A stretch of DNA of 64,000 nucleotides from Cyanidioschyzon merolae (lineage: Eukaryota). The position numbers and the translations under genes were made by a program. Position 1 is the stretch's first letter, and every line of letters begins with the position of its first letter. The notes under the pieces are model-generated. The model was given only the letters and a program-made list of their open reading frames with translations. It searched no databases and was not told where the DNA came from. The DNA is taken from assembly GCA_000091205.1 (NCBI GenBank), contig AP006488.2, one strand, 5' to 3'. Shown here in pieces: positions 9,643 through 21,390 of this stretch.

Positions 9643-9996
9643 GAGCACAACTCGAAATACCAGCGCCGCAGAACACGTCTCGAAACACAGTGCCTACGAC
9701 GACATCAGGCGAGACGTCGCGCCAGGCCTTCCTCAGGACGTACGGAGGGTACGCTAATCTGCGATGAACATGCGGCAGATGGAGTAGTTGCCATTAAATG
9801 TACAATACGGACTCCAGTGACGCATATCCTTCGTGGGTGGATGCGCGCACCTGTTTGCAGGAGGCATCGTCTCCCGTATGTGCGCAACCCCGAGAAGCGC
9901 CGCCTTCGACCAGCTGTTGTTCAGGTTCGGGATATACCACGAGACGGCTCACAGCGTTGCAGCACCTGAACGCATGTTCCGCTTTCCAGTCCGCGT

Positions 9997-10749
9997 ATGT
10001 GGGTATCGGGCATTGCGTTGTGCACGGTAGGCAATATGAGTCGCGGCTCGTTCAACTGTCAGCGGGTTGGGGTCCTGCTCAGCGCTGGCAGTTTCTCGCC
10101 CCCGACACTGATGCACCTGCTCTCTCTCGAGCAAGCTCGCGAGTACGTTGAAAATACTTTGCATCATCCAGTTTGGAAAGGGTTTCTCTCACCAGTGCAC
10201 GACGCTTATCAGAAACCTGGTCTGGTGGCGGCGAAACACCGGCTACAGATGTGTGCGCTCGCTGTGAAAGACTCGGACTGGGTCCAAGTCGATGCCTGGG
10301 AAGCCCAGCAACCCTGCTACTCTCCGACGTTTCAGGTTGTGCAGAGCCTGCGAGAACGTTTGGAGGCCCAGCGACGCCTGCCTGACCCTGGTCCGAGTGT
10401 TTTCCTTGTTTGTGGTGCTGATCTCGTTGCCTCGATGAACAATCCCAGTATCTGGCCTGTTGAGCACTTGCAGAAACTATTCGCGCTCTGTGAGGTGGTG
10501 GCGCTTCCACGCCCTGCTCTCGATGCAACTGACGAAGAAGCACTAGAACGGGTCCTAAGACAATATCCTGCTGCAATCCATTACTGGAAAGACGCACCCG
10601 TCCAGTGCAATATCTCATCGACGCTGGTACGCGAACGCGTCGCACATGGGCGCTCGATACGCTACCTCACGCCCCGTGCCGTGGAGAACTACATCTGGGA
10701 GCACGGATTATATAGACAAACAAACCCTAGTATTGAATCCGCCCAATAA
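9997..10749 (+). CDS. Nicotinamide/nicotinate mononucleotide adenylyltransferase (NMNAT).
   Basis: 'LLSAGSFSPPTLMHL' matches the (H/T)xGH nucleotidyltransferase motif region (GSFNPITNMHL in NMNATs). 'SSTLVRE' matches the ISSTxxR motif. Confidence 0.85.
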   Translation: MWVSGIALCTVGNMSRGSFNCQRVGVLLSAGSFSPPTLMHLLSLEQAREYVENTLHHPVWKGFLSPVHDAYQKPGLVAAKHRLQMCALAVKDSDWVQVDAWEAQQPCYSPTFQVVQSLRERLEAQRRLPDPGPSVFLVCGADLVASMNNPSIWPVEHLQKLFALCEVVALPRPALDATDEEALERVLRQYPAAIHYWKDAPVQCNISSTLVRERVAHGRSIRYLTPRAVENYIWEHGLYRQTNPSIESAQ

Positions 10750-13700
10750 CCTCGGAGACACGCACATTGCTACCAGAGGAAAGACGCAATCTCGAAATCA
10801 CTGGCGGAGCAGCCTGCGCACCTGTGTCGAGAAGCCAGCTCCATGCAGGACAAACGTAACAAGCGCATTACCGTATGGGACTGTTTGCAGCATCGTCGGA
10901 CGTGTCCCTGGAGCACTGTAGGAACTGGAATCCGTGTACGCAGAAATATTGAACGATGGAAAGTCGTGATTTTCGAACATTTGCCCCGGAAAGTTGTTCT
11001 CGGTGTGTGAATGGATGTGGCGCTTGAGCCTTTCGTGATCGCGGGCCATACTGTGCCAAAAACTTGCTCCAGGCGAGGTTCTAATGCCGCCTTGCCTGGC
11101 CATTGGTATTGTTCCATCGGGAGTTTTCCACACTTCTTCACAATGCCCGTGCTGAATCCTAAAGGATTTCTTTGAGGAATCGCTCGACACGAGGACGTTG
11201 GACCCACCGGAAGCGCCAGGCATTTCCAGATGTTGATCGCTTCGTTCAAGCCTCGGTGTGCATAGTGCCTACGCGTATTGTTGCACGTGAAATCACCCCA
11301 TACCGAAAAGCAAGCATGTGGCCTTCGATTGCCTCGCCACCCGACGATCGCCCAACTTACAGTACACAATCACGTGCATGCTTCTCCGTTTCACTCGCAT
11401 CATTTACGGACCGATATCGATGTGGTCCTGTACTCGTGATACGTATACGTTGTTCCGAACTCACGGATGGAAATCGTACCGGATCGATTCCTGCACTCGT
11501 TACAGGCGCGACTCGAAGGAGCAAGAATGCGGCCCCTGAACTGAGCAGAATGTACAGCGCCATTGAGTATCACGAAACGACGCGACCTGTCGGTCAGTTC
11601 CTTTATGTTTTGCAGAAGTTTGCAAATGCATATCCATTGCCTCCGCACAGCAGCAACCGTTGGCGAAGCCAGCGCGGTGGCAGGTACTCCTGCCTAGAAT
11701 CGCATGCATGAAATGTTCGAACGCTAACGTGCGCTCTGAATGGTGTATCCGAACCACCCCCGGTGCTCGATACGGTTGCCAGAACCTCGAAACGGCTCCT
11801 GGTGCCGTCAATCAACTTGTTGGTATGACTATTGGCGTCCATAAAACCCGATTCTCGACGCCACCTAGCCCTAGAAAATATGAACAGATCGACCAGCATA
11901 ACATTCCGATTTTTGACTCCGTCCTTTTCACTTAGACGTCTGGCGACGGTGTTCGTAGTTCCTCAACCCGGGATCGACATCAAGGACCAAGTCTTGTTCT
12001 TCTTGTGCATTGAGCAATTTAAAGAACGTCGTGCTGTTAGACTCAGGACTAGGCCTCACGAAGCGCATGCAGACCGATATTCCGGCCGTTTCTATGATCC
12101 CTGTACACTTCTGTCCATTTCCCCGTGCAGACGAGAAGCCTGGAACGACCTCCGCCAGTGCTCTTCGTGAAGGTGTTCGATTCGCTCGCACATGCTCGCA
12201 GAGACCAGCCGTTCCCCATTATGGAGGCTATTCAATACAGAAGAATATTGTCTAGGGTGATGTCAAGGCGCTTGATGTGACACTCGGGGATCGCATCGAC
12301 CAGAAGCTTGAGGAGGCAAGGACGCCCGACTAGAGGAGCGAGCCTGCTATGCTCTGGAGCGCTCTATTCAGGAGCACTTGGTCCCGCACGATGGGCAGAA
12401 GAAAGGCATCCCGTTTCATTCGTTCTTTGGATACGACGTGCGTCGGTGCGGGGCAGAGAGCGACATGAAGCGCATAAACGAACCGAACCAAAGCTCGCAC
12501 TCGTTGCGACTCGGCTGCCGAAGGCGCCACAATATCAATCTTTTCCGTAACCGCCGGCTCGTCATTTGCCTTTGCCAACATCCCAAGAATACCTTCCGTA
12601 GGTAACATTTTTTGTATTCCAGTCATCTGAAGCCACAGTGGCTGCAATGCCTACGGTGTGCGCATCATGAGTCGCTCGCGATTGATCCGCATCTGGTTTA
12701 CAATACTGGCTTGATATTTTATGACATCCGCGCTGTAGACTTTTTTGAACGTCTGAGATGGCTCGGCAACGTCTCAAGGTACTCTGGGAAGCGTGTGTGT
12801 GCAAATCGCCGATCCCATGATCACGCTGTGTGTCACGTTCTATACAGAGCCTCAGCTATGGGGTCGCACGAAGGTTTGATCGAAATTTTCCGGGAAAATG
12901 AGTACGGCCAGCAGGCCGCTGCTTCCGAAGCTCTCACAAACTGTTGAACGATTAGGTACGTCGAGACGCGGGATGCCCAGCTTGCCGTGTGCGAACAGGG
13001 AGCTGCACGACCCTTACTGCAGTCCTTATACTAACTTTAGGAAGATTATTTCCGTCGACGTGGTTGAATAGAGAGGATTTGAAAATGGTTCAGGACTGAT
13101 GTTCCGCTCGGATCGTTTGCTTTCTGTTTTTCGTGGACCTCTGTTCCAATGGATCTTTCTCTTTTTTGGCCTGGGGTGAGTTGGCCTCCAACTCGACCAG
13201 GTGATCTTGGGCAGGGATATATTCGCTATGCACCATATCTCTAGTTTACGTTGGATTCAGACGCACTGGCTGCGCGCTGGGACTGAAACTTGCATTTCCT
13301 TCAAACGCATCTGCTATTCTCGCAGTGCTTTTTGGTTAGCTTCTTCGTCGCGAGCACACCAACGAACCGAAGCGCACCTTTGCGCTCCCTTCCGCGCTCG
13401 AGCAGCGGCGCGAAGCAGCAGTTCAGTGCTCGTGAACCTCGATTATGATTCATTGAAGACCGGTGACACGGATTCGAGTGGCCCCTCGGTTAGTATATCA
13501 GCCTGAGAATGACGTTCACGAATGATGCAGACGCCTTCGACCCGACTGATCCAGGGATATGAGCTGCCGCGAAGCGCAACACAACGCCAATCCCAGCTGG
13601 ATACCCCCAGACTTGTTTATCGCGATGAAGAGCGACACTTTCTAACAGCAGGCCAGAATCATCTGCGAAGGAGCAGCCACGAAGCGTGCTCCCACGAAGG

Positions 13701-14224
13701 ATGCGTTCTTGAAAGATCCTATCCGTTTGGTGATTTGTCGGCGATCACGTGACTGAATCGTAGCTCAGGCTGATGTTGTTCGAATGCTCGCTTGTGTCTT
13801 CTTTGGGAACAATGGTAGTAGTTCCAGTAGAAAATATGGAGCAAAAATTGATTGACAAGAAGACAGTGGTGTAGATACATTCAAAAAAGCTCAGGTTTGA
13901 GCGTATGCCATGCAGGGTACGGACCAAAAGACGGAGCAAAACATACGCACCTGCACACCGTGAATCATTGTCTTGTCGTACTTCACGAGCTAGCTGTTCT
14001 ACCAGAGAATCTGCACGTGACCCGCGTCCAGTCTAAAGGACGCATTCCTTTTGTTGAATACATATGAACCAGGCAAACAAAAACAAAAACGGCAGGCTGG
14101 TACATGTATTCCAGCATTCGCTCCTCTGAATATCGCGACCGGCGCTGGTGACATGATCACCTTCGCTCAACCGTGGGGCCTATATAGGAGGGCGCTTCTC
14201 GAATGCGGTTTATGGAGGAAACTG

Positions 14225-14335
14225 CATAGAGATAGACGCATACACGCAAACACGCAAACACGCAAACACGCACACACGCACGCACACACGCAAACACGCA
14301 CACACGCATACACGCACACACGCACACGCATGCAA
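14225..14335. repeat. Microsatellite (CACGCAAA / CACACGCA)n.
   Basis: Direct reading of 'cacgcaaacacgcaaacacgcaaacacgcacacacgcacgcacacacgc...'. Confidence 0.8.
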
Positions 14336-14530
14336 GTCCGCCTGCTGTGCGGCTGCCAACATCATGCGTCTCCGCCGACGCCTCACTTTGCCGCTGGAAA
14401 ACGCGCTCTGCCAGGACGTTCTTCGTCGGGCAGCACTTGAACGCTTTCGCAGGAGCATGCGCCCGCGCATCCTCGTATTTGCGGTCGCCACAATGCCGAA
14501 AAAACGGCGGTCATTGCATCTAAACCAGTT

Positions 14531-16258
14531 TCAGTCCCAGACCTCTACCATGTATCGGCCTTGCATGGCCATGAGACTGAGCATTTGCTCAGCCTCTGAG
14601 GCGCTGAGACCAGCGCGGCTGCAGAGCACCGCTTCCAGGATCGCTCGACGCACTTCAGCTGGCATGCTTGTGCTCGAGCTGCCTGCCACCATGATATGGA
14701 CTCGCTGCGAGCGATCCGTACCCTTGAAACAGGTCTCGTAAATCAAGTCTGCATCTTGCCGAATACGATCCTGTACATAGCATTTGGGGCGACCGTCTCG
14801 CGGTCGAGAGTACGCGGGTAGTCGCTGTACCACGGACGACGGCCAATTCTCCCGGAATAAATCATCCGCGGTATCGTTCCGACAGCCGTACACAAGGATC
14901 TTGTTCGACGGCAGCCGTGTTGTCGAAATCGTTGCCAGGTGCGATGTCATGCAACGGAAGACGCCAATACCGGTACCAACTGCCACCATGAGCATCGGAC
15001 ACTCCGGATCTGCGGGTAGTCGAAGCGTTCCCGGTTGAATCCAAAGACATACCGAGTCGCCGCTCTGCAGATTACGCAGGCAACCACTCATTGTTCCGAT
15101 CCGGAGACGTCGCAGAGGTGTTGCGTAGCGCACCAGGCGGACGCATATCTCTACAAGTGCATTGTCTTCAGGCGAGGCTGCTTTTGCTGCATCGCGCATG
15201 TCGGTGGCAATCGAGTAGCCACGCGGTTGCATTCTCGGCATGACCTCGAGAGCATGTGCGAGGCTCGGGAAACGTGCAGATGGGAAATCGCGCAGCACAA
15301 GCAGCACCGTTCGCTGTTCATGGAGGATATAGCTGGCGTACGCGGCGGCACTGTCCGCGATTTCCAACAGACGACGCTGCTCGTGAGCCTCCGTCGCGAA
15401 GCAGGCAAGTTGACGTAGAAATCGACGTCGGGGAATTCCGTTCAAGTCGAAGAGGCGTTGCACCAGCGATCGCGCCCTGACTCGCTCTCCAGTCAGATTT
15501 TCTATCCAGAACACTTCATTCGGATCCCATGATGGGAATAACTGAAAGAAAGCATCCACAGCGCTGGGCCGATTCTGAGGAACAAGGTACGCAACGTCTC
15601 CAGGCATGAAAATGGGCCCCGCTGACCCCGAGCGACCCACGAGGAAACGAAAGAGCACCACGTGCTTTTCATCAGGATAAGTATCATCGAGGGCCAGTTC
15701 CCGTGCGTCCAGAAAGACTGCTTCCCGGTTCACAGGCCGGAGATGCCAACGAGACGGTGCTATTCGTTGCTGCCTCTGCTGCTGACGGCGTCGATAGGCC
15801 TCCATGCGCTGGGCGCCCAGGAGACTCGTCAACCACTCGTTAAAGGCATCTTCCCAGAGCGCACCATCGCCCAGACCAATGGGTTGGATGCGGGTGGCAC
15901 CCAGCTGGGCGAGCCGCACATCGAGGCGTCGTGCTACCGCGTTGAACTTGGGATAGCTACGATCACCAAGTCCGAACACTGCGTATCGCACGGCTCGCAG
16001 CCAGTTGGCGGGGAGACGCCGCTTTCGCAGAAAACGCCAGAACGCTGCAAAGTTATCCGGCGGCTCTCCGTCTCCATAGGTGGAGACAACGAACAGGACA
16101 ACAGACTCGAACGGAAGATTCTCCGGATCATAGAACTGAGCGCTTCGGCAGTCAGCACCAGGACCTATAGCTTCTGCGAGCGTAGCTGCGGCGTCTGCAG
16201 CGTTACCCGACTGTGAGCCGTAGACGACCAGTGCGTGCTCCAGGAATTCATCGTCCAT
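14531..16258 (-). CDS. NADPH-dependent diflavin oxidoreductase (NDOR1/Tah18-like) with flavodoxin, FAD and NADPH domains.
   Basis: N-terminal flavodoxin 'VVYGSQSGNAADAA...VVSTYGDGEPPDN', FAD motif 'RGYSIATD', NADP site 'GTGIGVFRC'. ATG at 16258. Confidence 0.75.
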   Translation of the reverse strand: MDDEFLEHALVVYGSQSGNAADAAATLAEAIGPGADCRSAQFYDPENLPFESVVLFVVSTYGDGEPPDNFAAFWRFLRKRRLPANWLRAVRYAVFGLGDRSYPKFNAVARRLDVRLAQLGATRIQPIGLGDGALWEDAFNEWLTSLLGAQRMEAYRRRQQQRQQRIAPSRWHLRPVNREAVFLDARELALDDTYPDEKHVVLFRFLVGRSGSAGPIFMPGDVAYLVPQNRPSAVDAFFQLFPSWDPNEVFWIENLTGERVRARSLVQRLFDLNGIPRRRFLRQLACFATEAHEQRRLLEIADSAAAYASYILHEQRTVLLVLRDFPSARFPSLAHALEVMPRMQPRGYSIATDMRDAAKAASPEDNALVEICVRLVRYATPLRRLRIGTMSGCLRNLQSGDSVCLWIQPGTLRLPADPECPMLMVAVGTGIGVFRCMTSHLATISTTRLPSNKILVYGCRNDTADDLFRENWPSSVVQRLPAYSRPRDGRPKCYVQDRIRQDADLIYETCFKGTDRSQRVHIMVAGSSSTSMPAEVRRAILEAVLCSRAGLSASEAEQMLSLMAMQGRYMVEVWD

Positions 16259-16906
16259 CGCTTGGCAGTAGCCTTAACGACGCAAGCCGCTCGTGCAGTC
16301 CACGAGAGCGTCGTTGCGAGCGCTGTCAAGCAGCTCTGTGGTGCCAGTGCCGCCTGCCAAACGGCCAAGCCGCAAGCAGGTTCACAGGCAGGGCGTGCCT
16401 CCTCAGAAGCGGCGGCCAGTCAAGAATAATGGATGAAGGCTTCGATCCAGCTCCACGAAACTTGTGTTGGGACTTGCACTATGCCTAGCCAATAGGCATG
16501 CAGTGCGATAAAAAACCTTGGTCGTCACAGATCCTGTCTACGTACAGCACAAGCACAAGCACAAGCACAAGCTTCACCAAAAGCCAGCTAGCTTAGTTAG
16601 CTAGTCAAACAGGCTGGGTGCGCTACGCGTGATCCGCATACTGGGACAGTCAACGGCGAGCGTTGCGAACGCTTTCTTCTCGAGTGATCGTGATAGGTCA
16701 GAGCTCGTGCTCTATCGCGCAGTGCAGCACTCAACGACGCTCTCTTACTATACTCCACTCAAGCAATCCACTTACGCAACGAAGCCGGACGGAGTACCGC
16801 TTCGCCTATAAGCAACTTATTGCTACACTAACCGGGGCTGGCGGAGGACTTTTTTTGACCGCAGCTTTCGTGGACACTGCAGCACTATGTGCGAAAGTCT
16901 CGTTGG

Positions 16907-17857
16907 ATGCTGAAACGCAACGGTCAGAGCCGCGTTTCGGCAACGACGGAGCCACCGGCGACGACAAACTCGGTCGTGGACGTTGAGGCAGGGCGGGACT
17001 CGCCACCGAACGTGTGCCTGCAGCCTGCACTTGAACACTGGGGCGACCACGCGTACGCCGAACACAATGCACTGTCTGAGAGAGGCCGTGCTGAGCGGGA
17101 AACTTCTGACGCTGGAGCGGTAGCGCTCAGTGACTGCACCAGAGGGTCCAGGCAGAGCGCAGGTGCGACTGATGCACCAGCAGCGTGTGCAGGAACAGCA
17201 AGTACCCACGAGACAAGTTGCGCTTTATCTAACGCTGACCGGCCCGAAGGTCAACGAACCGACAAGCAAACCTCGCATACTATGCGCGTCCAGGCGAGTG
17301 CGAGCTGGACACACGCTGTAGACGAGAACCCGCAGCGATCAAAGGACTCGTGTGAGCGACAGCAGCCCGCTTCGGATGGACGCAAAGCCTCTCCGCCGAA
17401 CTCGGGACCTGCACTGGGGTCAACGAGCCCACAGACGGATCATAGCAAGCCCGGGGGTACAGGAGCTGCACAAACGCCAGCACCGAATCAGAATCCTGTT
17501 GATAGCTTTCGCTGGCAACAACTTCTCCAGTATCATGCGTCGCGTAACGTAGGATCCAGAGCGCGAGATCTTTTAGCCCTGGAGAGGACTTTTCTTTCCA
17601 TGATTCGGACGAGCCTCTCATCCGTGGCGCTCGGGGTTGCCATTGCGAAACTCATTGGAACCCGCCTAGCGGATGCTACCGGCACGGTGTTCATTAGCCT
17701 CGGGCTCCTGACGCTGATAATTGGACTCTGGCGGTATTACACTCAAATTTTGGCCATTGAGCGGGGCCAGTTCGCAGCCGACACCGTATTTCCTTGGATT
17801 GTGGTGGTTCTGCTGCTCACGTCCGGTGTGGTGTCGCTGGTGCTTATCTTCAAGTGA
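16907..17857 (+). CDS. DUF202 (YidH/VTC1-type) membrane-domain protein with a low-complexity N-terminus.
   Basis: C-terminal 'ARDLLALERTFLSMIRTSLSSVALGVAIAKL' plus two further TM segments matches the DUF202 core. The track start at 16889 is GTG; the first ATG is near 16907. Confidence 0.6.
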   Translation: MLKRNGQSRVSATTEPPATTNSVVDVEAGRDSPPNVCLQPALEHWGDHAYAEHNALSERGRAERETSDAGAVALSDCTRGSRQSAGATDAPAACAGTASTHETSCALSNADRPEGQRTDKQTSHTMRVQASASWTHAVDENPQRSKDSCERQQPASDGRKASPPNSGPALGSTSPQTDHSKPGGTGAAQTPAPNQNPVDSFRWQQLLQYHASRNVGSRARDLLALERTFLSMIRTSLSSVALGVAIAKLIGTRLADATGTVFISLGLLTLIIGLWRYYTQILAIERGQFAADTVFPWIVVVLLLTSGVVSLVLIFK

Positions 17858-18147
17858 GGCATCGGCGGAAGCGTGACACCCGAGACTAGATTGACATTGC
17901 CTCGAATATTCTACTCGTCTAAAGAGTCTTGACGTAACCAGCGCATGCCGTCGTCTGGCTCGGAATCGAAGGCGTCTGGCGTCGCCTGAGCCTGCGCTCC
18001 GGAGCTCTACACCGGTGTCCAATGGGACTGAGGCATGGAACTCCAGACGCTGTTCCTGTCTTGCGAGTTTCCGCAGCGAATTTTCGAGGCACAGCCACGA
18101 AAATGAGATGTACCAGAGTCAGAGCTCATGGAAACATATGTAGTTTT

Positions 18148-19250
18148 ACGATTCTCGGTCGTGATTGTGGAGTAGGTTCTCTCACGCCCTCTGACACTGG
18201 ACCTTGGCTCGTCATCCGGGACCAAGATGATTCGCGACGTCCTCGAAAAATTGTTTAGAGAACAACCGATGCCATAATCTAGTTCATGTGGACAAGAATC
18301 CAGGCGTCTCGTTTTCGAATTGTTCTCTGTTTCTAGGCACTTCTTGGGTGCAGGAGTCTGCGCATTTGGATGGACGAGGAAGAGGAAAACTCAACGCCTT
18401 GCCCTGATAAGTTGTCCAGAAGCTCATGCAGAAACTTTGCTGAACGTATCACATTCATCCGTGGATTTCGTTCGACAGACAAATCGTCCTCTGTTTGTAG
18501 CCGCCGTCGAAAAGCGATTCGGTACCAGCATCATGCATCGCACGGGATATGCTCTGGAAGGTTCGCAGCTCTTTCTCTTTGCATGGACATGGGTTTTGGA
18601 CTCGGACTCGGACTCGAGTCATCGCAGCGATCGCTTCCAATAGAATGTGCGCCAATGCTTTGCATGATGAGAGTGTAGACGGATCGACGCTTCTCGACAT
18701 GATTTCCAGGCTGGATTTTTCGTGCGGTATCTCCATCATCGTGAACACCATCGCTTGGCACAAATCCTTTCTTGAATAGGATAGGGGGCGCTTGCGCACA
18801 CAGCAAACAGAGTACTCTCCGAGTGGGTCATTTAGAAGAGGTCCATGATCATCGTGTACGTTACCGGGCGCGGAAAAGAATGAGTGCGCCAACGGGGCGC
18901 CTCTGTACCCATCAAGGACATGTAGCCGGTGGTGAAGCAGATGTTCACGGGCGACAAGGCAACGCTCGGTGAACGAGGTACCCTAGGCACACGAGACCAG
19001 CGGACTGCAGTCAAAATACCGCTGCTGCAAAAGGTACACGGACGGTATTTATAGATATAGAAGACGAAAGTGGCAAGCAACGCTTCGATTCCAAATCCCG
19101 CATGTCCATTACAAGAAAAGGAACAGACGGAAGTTGCGAAATCGAGACTTGAAAGTTGCCGTCCACGACCTTCGACATCTGACTTCAGAGCTGGGGGCAC
19201 AGGAGCGGCTGACGCATTGAAAGCCGGAGATGAGGGAGCGGAAACCGTAA
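18148..19250 (+). mobile_element. Small TnpB-like element, family B copy B2 (about 1.1 kb), degenerate.
   Basis: Collinear nucleotide homology to B3 over its whole length. The RuvC-III-equivalent region is 'RNRDLKVAVHDLRH' (frame of 'ggaagttgcgaaatcgagacttgaa'). Shares the 3' tail 'cgcattgaaagccggag' with B1. Confidence 0.5.
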
Positions 19251-20286
19251 TAGCGATGTGAGCATTCCGCACGGGCTGCCGATGATGTACATGAGAAGAG
19301 ACCCAATCTTTACTTATTCCGCCCGTGGTAGCTGCGTGGATTCCTTGCATTCTACTCTGGTGCGAGCCAAAATGATGGACATTCAGAAACATGACCGCAA
19401 CCGATGCGTCATTTTGGTAGAGTATGAAAACGAACATTTCGTGCTGCGATCATCTTTGGAACCTGACCATGTCCAAAATTTCCGTCTTCGTTCAACGAAA
19501 ACAGGTCTGCTGTATCTTGTTACAGGCACGGTGCCCAGAAACGGACGCGTGCTGCACTGCAACCCGCAGTCGTCAACGAAGCGCTTGTCGTACCAAATGC
19601 GAGTGTGCTCACGAACAGACAGCCGGCGTTGTCTACTGATGCACACTGCGCAGTTCCACATCTTCGATGACGACTGACGATGAAAAGCCGCGGCTATATG
19701 GCACATAGACGAATGCGCTTCGGCGTTTCTCATCACAGAATACCGAACGAGATCCGAGTTTCGTTTTCCGTCCACGTTCATCTATGTGCGCCATCTCCCG
19801 GACAGCCTGAGCAACGAGCGTTCAGCCGCAAAAGTCGTCGTTCGGTGCTCTGTTTTTTTAACCAGTATAGCGGAAGAGGCAGCGTCCATCAGGAACACGA
19901 ACTGTTCGCAAGCGAGTGCGAGCCGACGCTGATCCCTCGCCGCTCTTGTGCCGACCCAAAAATCCTTCGGTTCATGCGCGTCATCGCCGTTGACTGCGTC
20001 GACTCCCAGCGAAATGCTCTCAACTCGCACCATAACGGAGCTGAGGTTTCGAATTTGCATACGGACCGTAGCCTGGAAACCAAATACCCTATTCCGAATG
20101 AATCAGTATCGCGAAGTTTGCCTTTCAAGTCGCTGATGTCTCGAATACGTTCAGGGCCGGCCGCCCAGTCATCCTGATCCAGCCTGGTTGGATCAGCATC
20201 AAGACGTTGCCGTTGCCAGACTTGCTCTAGCAGCATCGGCTCCCAGAAGGCCATTGGTACCTTCACTCGATGGATTGGCTCCAGCA

Positions 20287-21390
20287 TTATGCCGCAGAAG
20301 ACGGAGGTTTCGCTACCGGCGACGATGCGGGCTGAGGTGCAGTCACGGAGACTGCTTGCAAACAGCTGAGAATCTTCTCGGGATTCGAGAGCTCTTTCTC
20401 TGTTTGCAGACACGGCATGGAGACGTCATCAAGAGCGTACGGACCGACGCGAAGTCGAACCAGACTTGTCATGTGCGCGTGCGTGCCGAGAGCTTTCCCC
20501 AGGTCGTCAATGTAGGTGCGGATATAGGTTCCCCCCGAGCAGTCCACGAACAAGGTGCCTGTGCCCTGTCTCGCGTCGAATGCCTCGCAGCGTGCTTCGA
20601 AGACGTAGACCGTTCGAGAAGGCAATTCACCGATCGCATCGGCTTTACCGGCCCGAGCGAGGTCATACAGCCGTTCACCTTGCACGCGAACTGCGGAAAA
20701 GGCTGGTACTCGCTGCACGATTGCACCGTGGAATGCCTCCGACTGCAGGAGGCGATTCAGCGCCTCAACGTCATATTCACGGAGATGCTCAAAACTCGAG
20801 CGCGCTATCACTTCACCAGTGCAATCTTGAGTATCCGTCGCTGAGCCGAGTTTGAACGTTGCCCGGTACTGCTTGCGTCCGCGTTGGAACTCCCAAAGCT
20901 GCCGCGTGTACTGCGCGCCTACCGCTAGAACGAGTACACCACTCGCGAGCGGGTCCAGCGTTCCACCGTGTCCGACGCGAAGTCGAAAACGACGTGAGCG
21001 CCGACCTGCACCAGACCCAGATGACGACTTGCCGACACCCGCAGGAGGACTAGCAGCGGTGGGCGCCTCGTGTTGTCGTAGGTACTTTTCCAGGGTTGCG
21101 CGTACCTTGTTCACGACGTCGAACGACGTCCAGTTCTGAGGTTTATTGACGATCAAGATGCCACTGGGTTCTTTCGGCGAACGAGCTGCGCAGCGCAGGT
21201 CACTAACAGCACGAGAGCGCTTCCGGGAGCCAGGCATGGACCCAAGCGCTGGCCCAAGTGCAAAACCAGAAACACCGCTGCCACCGACGGCGGAGGCAGC
21301 AAAAGCAGTCGTCGAAACAGCAGCAGCAGCGCCAGGAGCAGTGGTTCGCAGGGGACGCACCAGGCTCAGAAACGCCAACTGAGTTCTCAT
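20287..21390 (-). CDS. tRNA pseudouridine synthase, TruB/Pus4 family.
   Basis: 'GHGGTLDPLASGVLVLAVG' is the TruB catalytic-Asp motif region. ATG at 21390. Confidence 0.8.
   Translation of the reverse strand: MRTQLAFLSLVRPLRTTAPGAAAAVSTTAFAASAVGGSGVSGFALGPALGSMPGSRKRSRAVSDLRCAARSPKEPSGILIVNKPQNWTSFDVVNKVRATLEKYLRQHEAPTAASPPAGVGKSSSGSGAGRRSRRFRLRVGHGGTLDPLASGVLVLAVGAQYTRQLWEFQRGRKQYRATFKLGSATDTQDCTGEVIARSSFEHLREYDVEALNRLLQSEAFHGAIVQRVPAFSAVRVQGERLYDLARAGKADAIGELPSRTVYVFEARCEAFDARQGTGTLFVDCSGGTYIRTYIDDLGKALGTHAHMTSLVRLRVGPYALDDVSMPCLQTEKELSNPEKILSCLQAVSVTAPQPASSPVAKPPSSAA

Noticed and set aside
19889-20413. 174-aa minus-strand ORF overlapping the 3' end of the TruB gene as a separate gene.
   Set aside because: It overlaps a well-supported CDS in another frame and has no recognisable motifs. 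It is most likely spurious.
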